DNA of 62,260 bases, the filler included, from Choristocarpus tenellus KU-1152 (Eukaryota; Protista; Phaeophyceae), in assembly GCA_964200185.2 (NCBI GenBank). It is 8 parts of 8 records of this genome, joined end to end, with 100 filler letters (N's around TTAATTAATTAA, not from the genome) between each part and the next. Parts side by side here need not be neighbours in the genome. Positions count along the whole stretch, not along the records: positions 41,383 to 54,849 come from CAXNAD020001485.1; positions 54,950 to 62,260 come from CAXNAD020006357.1; 6 more parts are not named here. The stretch is one strand, 5' to 3'. The translations under genes and the position numbers were made by a program. This document shows, one piece after another, positions 54,110-62,260 of the stretch. The notes under the pieces are model-generated. The model did no database searches, was not told the DNA's origin, and saw only the letters and a program-made list of their open reading frames with translations. Position 1 is the stretch's first letter. Every line of letters begins with the position of its first letter.

Positions 54110-54794
54110 TTGAGCTTCTTTAAGAGTCTTTTACACTATTAACAGACTAAGTTATTGTGCCATGCCCACAGAAATACACCTTTCATTCTTATGAACAAAG
54201 CCCAAGGTTGCAGCAACGCACTCCACTCACTGTACACGTATGCATGTATCTTCATATTTCATTCTGTACGATTCCTGAAGGGTACCTTCAATAGAAGCAA
54301 AGTACATGTTAGGCATGCCATATGTTCTAAACTGGAGACATTGTGTTGGTGGGCTAGAAGCGACTTGACTGACTCATGGGACTCTTCCCTTGCTTCTAGA
54401 TCGCTTTCTTGGTGTTAGTTTAGGAGTATTTTCAACTACTATACTACGTGGTAGTAGTTTTCTTTTTTCTTGTTTTCAAATACACTACAATGTTTGTTGG
54501 TGTATCCAAATGACTTTCAAATAACACAGAACATTGTTGTTGTGTGTGTTATATTCTGTATTTCTATTTTTCTCTCCCTACTATGATAATATCTGCAAAA
54601 TGTCAGCAGGTGTATATACGTGCTGATGGGGTTTCAATATGTACCTGTTGTATACTTGTCCATCACTCGACAACACACTAGAGCTCTAATGTATTGCTAT
54701 TGCACGATTCGTTAGCTATTCCAAACAGTATAGCTCCACCAGTTGCGTCTATGGGTGTCCCAGCACCTATTACCAACAAACCTGGTCACCAAAA

Positions 54795-54849
54795 GAGTGA
54801 AAGTATCTTAGAGGGTACGAGTTTTGCCCTGTTTGTCAATTTGGGGCTT
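54795..54849 (-). mobile_element. MITE family A, copy 8, cut by the contig end
   Basis: GAGTGAAAGTATCTTAGAGGGTACGAGTTTTGCCCTG followed by the gap. Confidence 0.9.
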
Positions 54850-55042
54850 NNNNNNNNNNNNNNNNNNNNNNNNNNNNNNNNNNNNNNNNNNNNTTAATTA
54901 ATTAANNNNNNNNNNNNNNNNNNNNNNNNNNNNNNNNNNNNNNNNNNNNTTCTGTTTCCTTCCGAACGACCCTCCCCCCCCCCCCCCCACCCCCCCCCCC
55001 CCCCCCCCCCCTCCTTCTTGCCTCCCCCCCAAACAAGCATAC

Positions 55043-58000
55043 CTTGATGCCAGCCTTCTCACCACCAAACTCTGTCTCCAGGTTTCGCTGCTGGCCTGGG
55101 CTAAGTTCATTGTCAAATATCACTGTACATACATCTAGTTGGTTCATGGCAGACTTGATCTCCTTGACCTGTTCATGGAAGTACCATCAAACCGAGGGCA
55201 CAGATTGGGGTCACAGCAGCAAGAATACAGAAGGGGAAAGGGGTTGAGGAGGGTGGGGGGAGGGCAAAAAATAACTTCTGCTTTCATCAATATTACCTAC
55301 TGATTACTACATAGTGAACCAAAAAATATATAACATGGCAGATGGTGTAGACAGGACTAACTCATGAAATAGAACACTGTCATATTAAAAAAAAGTAATA
55401 TTGTGTATGTTGTTCATGTAAGCAGCTCCCCCAATTGTATTCTTAAACCGCACTTACTCTCCGTGCTTAAACACTATTACTGTCACTACAGTGGATATTA
55501 TGCACATCACAAAGCACGAGCACATAGTCCATACAACCTTCTTACGTGCTAAAATGTGTCAATCACTGCCCACACTCCAAAATTACCCCTATAGCCGTAT
55601 GGCTTACTCAACGAATGGATTAAAAAAAATCTCACAGAACCAAGACAATACTGATCATTGGCAAGCCACTGCAGCGGAACTTTGATCTCCGACATACCAA
55701 AGGATCAGTCATATATTCACCATTTGTGTACAAGAGGTTCACCCCCCCCCCCGAACGAATCACATATTTCATCCTGACCATGTCATGCCCTAGATTGGTC
55801 TCAAACAGTCCTAAAACGTGAGCAACACACGACCAATGCAGATGTTCTTAGAGAGCAAGTCATACAGGCATGCACATTTCATTGAAACAATAAAAATAAT
55901 AGTAATAATAATAAAATAATAGAGTTGGCAGAACGGTATGACTAACTGTGAAAAGAAGCTGATGATGGCATGAAGTATTCCATGTGTACCATCAGCAGTA
56001 CATCTAGTAACGCCATACTGATCAACCGATCCCCTCATATCTGGTTGGCAGGAATCTCCAATTTTTCATCAAAATCAACACACTGCTGATCTCTTCACTA
56101 TATTTACCTCCTCGACAATACAAAAAAGTGTAAGTACAACGTAGTAGTAGATTAGGGGATGGCTTGGTTCCTGCTTCGTCTAGACTAACCCTGACGGTGC
56201 TCACTAGAGTCTCAGCGATCATCTGCAAGCGAAGGACATATGTGGGCTTTTGCTTTCAGGCAGTACTCACCTACAGCCCTACCACTTCCATCTCCACATT
56301 TTGTTTTTCTTTAAATCACAAAATAGAAAAAAAAAAAACTGCACTAGTTGCCTACACTTCAAGCACCTCAGATACAGTTCTCAGAGTCGCCACATGCACA
56401 CCCATTCAAGTACCTGGGAAGAGACTCGATTGTTTCAACCCATATATATACCCAAGCACCAAAGACCTCGCGTTTACCCTCAACCCAGTCAAAATCTGTA
56501 CACAGATACAACGACAAAAAAATCTGCAGCGAAATAGAACTCTTCCAGTTGCGAACTTGACTTGGACCGCCAATATGAGTTAGGGGAAGGGGCAATAGGG
56601 TATCAGTATGACAACACAAAAGTTGCAGTTGCTTAGTTTGCGAGTCGACTAAACTCTTGCTGTAAGTGATGCACCGAGCAAGCAAAAAAAAAAAGCGCAA
56701 GGACTGTCCTTCAACTAGAATACTGTAAATGTACGGCAGAAATCCGAAAACTGACAAGGGGAGTTCAATCATGTGAAAATCGCATGAGTGTAGTTGGAGG
56801 ATGGATAACATGGCCAACAGAGATGCTCAACATAAGATTTCGAAGTCATACCTCCTTCGGTTCTTGTTTCCTCCGGCGCGAAAAATTCAAACAAGGATTA
56901 TGGTGAAATTAATTCTCCTTCAAAAAACCGCTCTGCAAACAAAAAAAAAGGGTTGATTATCAAATGCAATAATGAAGGCACTCAGCAGACACAGTTCCCC
57001 AATACTCTTTGATCAGCTCTAATTAATCTCCAAACAATCTCGTAACACCTTCCTATCCAAAACACGCAAACCCCAACTCCAAAGGGTACACTGTTTGGTG
57101 CAACTTGCCTTGCCAGTGCCAATATATGTCCGCGGGTTGGGCTCAAGCACCCTCTGGTAAGTCGAACCGACCACCTCCAACCCCGCTGTACCTGCCAATT
57201 CGCTCAGCTCCGCCATGGATTCTTCCAGGGTGAAGCGGTTATCGCGCTCCTCCTTTCGCAGCTCGTATGCCCTCAGCTTTTTCTCCTGGTATGCGGCCTC
57301 CTGCTCCTCATCCCAGTCATCTTCATCCCCCCTCCCCCCAATCTTGGTTTTATCCTCTGGGAAGGCCATTTTGCCCTTCTGGGTGCGACTCCCAAAACCC
57401 CGAGCCTCCAGTCCCACCAGGTAGCACCTCTCGCGTTCACCTGTGACCTGTGAAGGACACGTGGCGGGGTGAATACATGTGTGGGTAACAGAGGGAATGG
57501 AGAGAGGGCTGGAATCGTCCTTGGCTTTGTTTGTTACCCGTCTACTTGCTTGTGTGTGTGTTGGTGTGGGAGAAGTGTTTGGAAGTGAGGTGCTTGTGCC
57601 AACCCACTCTCAAACATTTCGCAAAATACTTGTCTCAGCTAGAAACTCACCTTAGGATCATAGAAACGGATAGATCGCTCCATCAACATATCCTCCAGAT
57701 CCTCTTCCACATCCATACCACCAGGTAGTAGAATATCGGCGTCCGTAAGGGGACTCATACCTATTTCTGCCTCGTCGCTCAGACTATCCAAATCCGCATC
57801 ATACTCTCCACCAAGACCATAAAATTCTGTATCCCCCAGGGAGTATGCCTCCAATTCTTCCTCGCCATCATCCCACCCTGACATATCCTGGCGCTCTGTG
57901 TAGATGGAATCAACACTTCCTCCAGTGCCAAATTCATTGTCTGCCGTACCATCGTTTCCATCGCCGCTTCTCCCTCTGACCTCCTGCTCTTTCTCCTGGT

Positions 58001-58253
58001 TTTCTTCATCAAAACCATGATCTACATCTCCCTTTGGATCCTCGGAGAAGGCAGACGCGTGCAGTGTTACTACGTTCAGGTCACATCTCCCCACAACAGG
58101 CACAGGTAGGAACCTCTCACGAGTTCTACCTAGCTCTCTTCCAATCGTTGGTCGACCAATGTGGATACCGGCGAAGGAAAGCACAGTTGGAACGCTCACG
58201 AGGATCACAGATGTGGTTAGCCACGGGCACCGATGACTAGTTTCGTGCCCCAT
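55043..58253 (-). CDS. hflX: HflX GTPase, N-terminal exons, probably plastid-targeted; 3' part beyond the gap
   Basis: Exons 58253-about 57651, about 57447-57109 and 55168-about 55043; [20 protein letters not shown]...TYIGTGK|VKEI...[16 protein letters not shown]; signal peptide ending VLS-F. Confidence 0.93.
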
Positions 58254-58359
58254 TTTGTGTCATCTAGTGTCATCATCTCTCCATCCCACTTGAAGTACAA
58301 ACACTTCGCAGGTTTATGGAAACCCTTTCTTTGAACCTTACTCCTTCCCTCAAGTCAAA

Positions 58360-58948
58360 ATGGCAGGCACGAATCGAACGTTGCAGCTATGGAGGAGATG
58401 CCTGCGAAGCTGCAGGTTAGAATAACCGATAGTATCGTATCAGACTACTTTGGAAGCCCCAGTTGTAATGGTGTATTGTTTTGTTATGTTCTCTACCCAA
58501 CCTTTCATCACACCTCCTTGCTCACTCCAACTGGATTGGACAGGGTAATGGAGCCCGCTGCTGGAAGTTACTACCGACAGTTCGCCTGGGAGCATATCAC
58601 GGTACGATTAATGCGCTCCCCCCCCCTCTCGCCCCATTGATATCTGGTATGTCCTCTACAGTTACCCAGTCAACTCAATTGTATTGGACAAAAATAGTAT
58701 CATGTTGGTCTTACCTTCGCCCCAAATTCCTAATCCGTATGCCACTATGAGCGGGTATGAGTGACCTCAAGTACCCATTCATTCTTCTTCTGTGTGTTGT
58801 ACTTGCTGATGTACAGGCTCACTGGGAAGAGGACGACCCCGAGAAACTCGATTATCTACTCGGGAAGGGTGAAGAATCCTTGGAGTGGATCTTGAAGAAG
58901 TACAACATTGAAGAACCAGTGAGGCAAGAGCAGCGGAGGCCATCATGA
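58360..58948 (+). CDS. Small LYR-family protein, LYRM9-like
   Basis: Exons 58360-58415, 58544-58601 and 58817-58948 splice in frame: MAGTNRTLQLWRRCLRSCRVMEPAAGSYYRQFAWEHITAHWEEDDPEKLDYLLGKGEESLEWILKKY... Confidence 0.8.
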
Positions 58949-60188
58949 CACTAGAGGCTTGCTAAATTTCAACCAAATGTGTGTCATCCATGTGTGGTGA
59001 ACGCAGGTGGCGAGCACGAGACCGAACGCATCCCCCTCTCCTCTCACTTCCCCACCCAAAGTGACCTATGTAGGGTTACTACGAAACCTGAAGCTTCATA
59101 CCAGAGGGAATGCATTTACTTCCCTTACAAAGTCCTACAAGAAATACATGTACTTGAACCTTAGTATCATTATTAATAGGAGATGAGAGAAACGAAATCG
59201 TGTGAAGAGGGAGCAGGGAGAAGGCGGTGTTAACCTGTGGACTGTACAGCCAGGGTGGTGCAAACCCACGTAGAACAAAAAGACAATCATCTCATACACA
59301 GAACCACTAGTAGAATTGCATAGTATCTTGTAGTGATGATGAACTCGCTCATCTGACTGGTGTGTACTAGATATCTACCCTGGTTTGAGTTCATGGTTTT
59401 TGGATGTGCTTCCAAATGCTCTCCTATGTACAAAACAGTACTTCAGCATTGTCTAATAGAGAATAGGTAGGGTGTATTGTAATTGCAATATATCTGAAGA
59501 TGGGGACAGAGTGCAAGAATGAACAACTTCCACTGGTTTCACCAACACGTAATTCAACAGTCAAATTATTTACTAATACATTTCGGCACCTCCAGTTACC
59601 ATTCCACAAAGAGATGCTGAATGTAAGTCCTTCCAACATATTCTACTGAGAAATTGTACATCATAGAATAGTCAGGAAGCTAAAAAAATCTACCACTTTG
59701 GGACAGTTGTGAGGTGACACATACCAGATGAGTATCATGCAAACACATCAATGTTTGTAAATCAAGTCACTGTAAAACATAACCCCTGTAGTGCTAAGAG
59801 CGAATTGGAACTTAGCTCATGATTTGTACCCCTGCAAGATTTCACTTGACCTTGGGTACTGGACTGCCCTCACTGTTCAGATTTTTGCCACATACAAGCC
59901 CACCATATTGGGAACACAAACATTTGTTCCTTCCCACATCCCTGTTTCGACTAAATTATCTATACAGAATAAAAGTCAGGGGCATTGCAGTAGTAGCACT
60001 ACCTTACCACTCTGCATCCCTGTAACTCTGAGCAAGTGCATTTGACCATGCACTAAAGGTAGTACATGCTACCGATCAAAACAGACATTCAACATCTACT
60101 GAAAGTGAGTGAGCATCCCCCACTCTGTAAAACGTTCTATTGCTAATACCAGCATACAACTTTCTCTTCATCTACAAAGTGAGCGAGA

Positions 60189-61601
60189 CTATCCTGTCTC
60201 AACACGTAACTGATGCTTGTCAACAACTTGACTGTAGTAAGCCTTGAGGGCTGCAATCTCCTCTAGTTCTTTCTTACTGTATGGGTTCCTTGCAACCTCA
60301 GGCACTGAATTAGCTTCACCTGATGCAGTTGTCAACTGTGGTGAAGTGGCGCTGCCAAAACTATCCCCACTCCTCCTAGTGTGCCCCCCTCGTCCCCTGC
60401 TTCCTCCTCCTTTGCTCTTACGGCCACATCTCCCAGAGATCCTTAAGTTGCTGTGGTCCCTATTCACCAATCCTAAGGAGTCCTGGTCTTCAAGACCCTT
60501 GCCCTCATCATCGTCACTAGAGCTCGAACCTGACAGGCAACACCAGCGCTGTATACCAACCGAGCCCTCCTCCTGAGCAAATCGCTCAGCAGGCGTTCCT
60601 GCCAAACCACCCGGGGTACTATCTTCCCTACCACGGCTGCGCTTTCCACTTGATTTGCGCTCAGTGTCAGCTTGAGAATATCCAGCACCTTTCCCACCAG
60701 ATGCTATCACTTTTGGTCGGAAAGTGGAAGTATTTGTAGAGACAGGACGTCTCGCAGTTGCCGAGGTTCGGCGTTTCAAGGGTGGGGAGGACGTAGTGGG
60801 CACGGGTGCAACAGTTTCATCCTCTTCGAAGTTGAAGGTCGAAGATCCGTGTCCACTAGCTTTTGGGTGGAGTTCTCTTTCTCTAATCTGCTCAGCAGAG
60901 TTGGATGAACTGTCGTTTTGTGGCGACAACGGTCTCCTTTTTCGCAGAGCTGGAGAGAGTGGTTTTGCGGATGTCTTGGGTGTCTTGGACCCCTTAGAGA
61001 TGGGCAGATTCTCTACACCCTCCACGTCCACAGTTAGTGCGCCCTTCTGACCCCGACGTTTGAGCAAGCTTTTCGAACTACCAGGATTCTCGACTTTCAC
61101 CAACCTTGTCTTCGATTTTTTGCTGCTAGGTGTCCTAGACTGTCCCCTTGACGTCCTCCCCACACGAGAAAGAGTCCTGGTATCCGACTTCAGATGGGAA
61201 TCCCGCGCTACCTGCTTAGACGGAGAAGAGGATACCGACACGATTTCTCGACCTCTTCTCGTACGGGATGTCACCACCGGAGTTTGCGCAGAAGGGATAT
61301 CGTCCTTTCCGCAAACTGATGCAGTGGAGCGTGGAGATCGCGATGACTGTGGAGATCGCGAAAGAGCTGTAGAGCGGGTGCGGAGTCTGGAGCGAGCATT
61401 CTCTGACCGCGAAACAGTAAGCGATGAAGAATCCAATGCGGTGCGAGGACTCGTATCCCCCTTTGTGAGTTTATCTTTTGGTTTAGATGAGGTGGTCTCC
61501 CGAAGAAGGAGGCCGCTCTTGGGACCCACGCCCACACTCCTTGACGGTGCTTCTTTCCCTGTTGAGGATGTGGGTACATCATTCTCTTTTCCCCTTGGCA
61601 T
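60189..61601 (-). CDS. Single-exon basic, Ser/Arg-rich disordered protein; sororin-like candidate
   Basis: About 470 open codons; N-terminal KEN box, many S/T-P sites, FNF motif, C-terminal LEEIAALKAYYSQVVDKHQLRVE. Confidence 0.7.
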   Translation of the reverse strand: MPRGKENDVPTSSTGKEAPSRSVGVGPKSGLLLRETTSSKPKDKLTKGDTSPRTALDSSSLTVSRSENARSRLRTRSTALSRSPQSSRSPRSTASVCGKDDIPSAQTPVVTSRTRRGREIVSVSSSPSKQVARDSHLKSDTRTLSRVGRTSRGQSRTPSSKKSKTRLVKVENPGSSKSLLKRRGQKGALTVDVEGVENLPISKGSKTPKTSAKPLSPALRKRRPLSPQNDSSSNSAEQIRERELHPKASGHGSSTFNFEEDETVAPVPTTSSPPLKRRTSATARRPVSTNTSTFRPKVIASGGKGAGYSQADTERKSSGKRSRGREDSTPGGLAGTPAERFAQEEGSVGIQRWCCLSGSSSSDDDEGKGLEDQDSLGLVNRDHSNLRISGRCGRKSKGGGSRGRGGHTRRSGDSFGSATSPQLTTASGEANSVPEVARNPYSKKELEEIAALKAYYSQVVDKHQLRVETG

Positions 61602-62260
61602 CGCTTGATGGTGGTTCAACTTTCTCCGTAAGTTGTTTCGAGACTGCCTAGGGCAAAGCAAGGTCCAAAATCAAGGATATGGTCCATCAAGCAGTCGCCT
61701 CGTTTCCTGTTGGAGTTGATAACATAAACTTTGGAGGTCAGGTCATCCTCCTTTACTTCTCAGGCTTAGTTGTTTTGCAGCTAGGTATTATGAGCTACTT
61801 GAGACTTACCGAGTGGGGATGGTGTTGTTGTATTTAGGACGAACAAGATGTGAGGAAGTTGTAGAAGGTCCAGCCTTCGATCAATAGACTGTTGTGTTGG
61901 TTCCTTCGCTGCAATTTTGCAAACAATCACGCCACCTCCAATTTAATTTGATGTTTCTATCATGTTTGGTTGTGGATGGAAATATGACAACGTAACGTTC
62001 AACGCTAGCGTTACACTAGAACGTTTGGTGCGTTTCAGTTATCTAAGGAAGCGTTACAATGTTTATGGACCAGATGCTCTATAACGTCCTAATAACGCCT
62101 GAGTTCATTTCCTCCTCTACAACGTCCATTGTCTACCACTATGTAAGCCCAGACCTAGTATGTCCATTCCCACAGCAATGCTCGGCACAATTAACAGCCG
62201 ATTTCAAAAATTGAGGATGGAGCTTTTCATTGAGGATGGGCTTGACCCAAAATTGACTGG

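Noticed and set aside
55043-58253. hflX as bacterial contamination or recent horizontal transfer
   Set aside because: It has spliceosomal introns and a targeting presequence, as expected for a nuclear gene of an organellar protein.
41383-62260. RecQ, HflX and the sororin-like gene as a functional cluster
   Set aside because: A spacer separates the contigs, and these are unrelated eukaryotic housekeeping genes.

Overview
Eukaryotic DNA from a photosynthetic stramenopile, probably the brown-algal lineage (inferred from intron-rich genes and bipartite plastid presequences). The window is eight contigs joined by seven identical artificial 100-nt spacers (N44-TTAATTAATTAA-N44), so adjacency across spacers is not biological evidence. 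Host genes: an ankyrin-repeat protein head-to-head with a plastid Rubisco-LSMT-like SET methyltransferase; a GRAM-domain gene convergent with a RECQ1-like helicase; plastid HflX head-to-head with a LYRM9-like gene; and a single-exon sororin-like candidate. The rest is decayed transposons: Copia, Gypsy, LINE, hAT and plant-type mariner elements with apparent DD40D spacing. The most distinctive signal is a set of non-autonomous DNA transposons. A ~255-bp MITE has 8 copies, GAG...CTC termini and 4-bp variable TSDs, confirmed against an empty site in the window. Several elements with unrelated bodies share its AAAGTATC terminal core and GTCCRTTT subterminal motif. This fits a Sola2-like or unclassified transposase system whose autonomous partner is not in the window.
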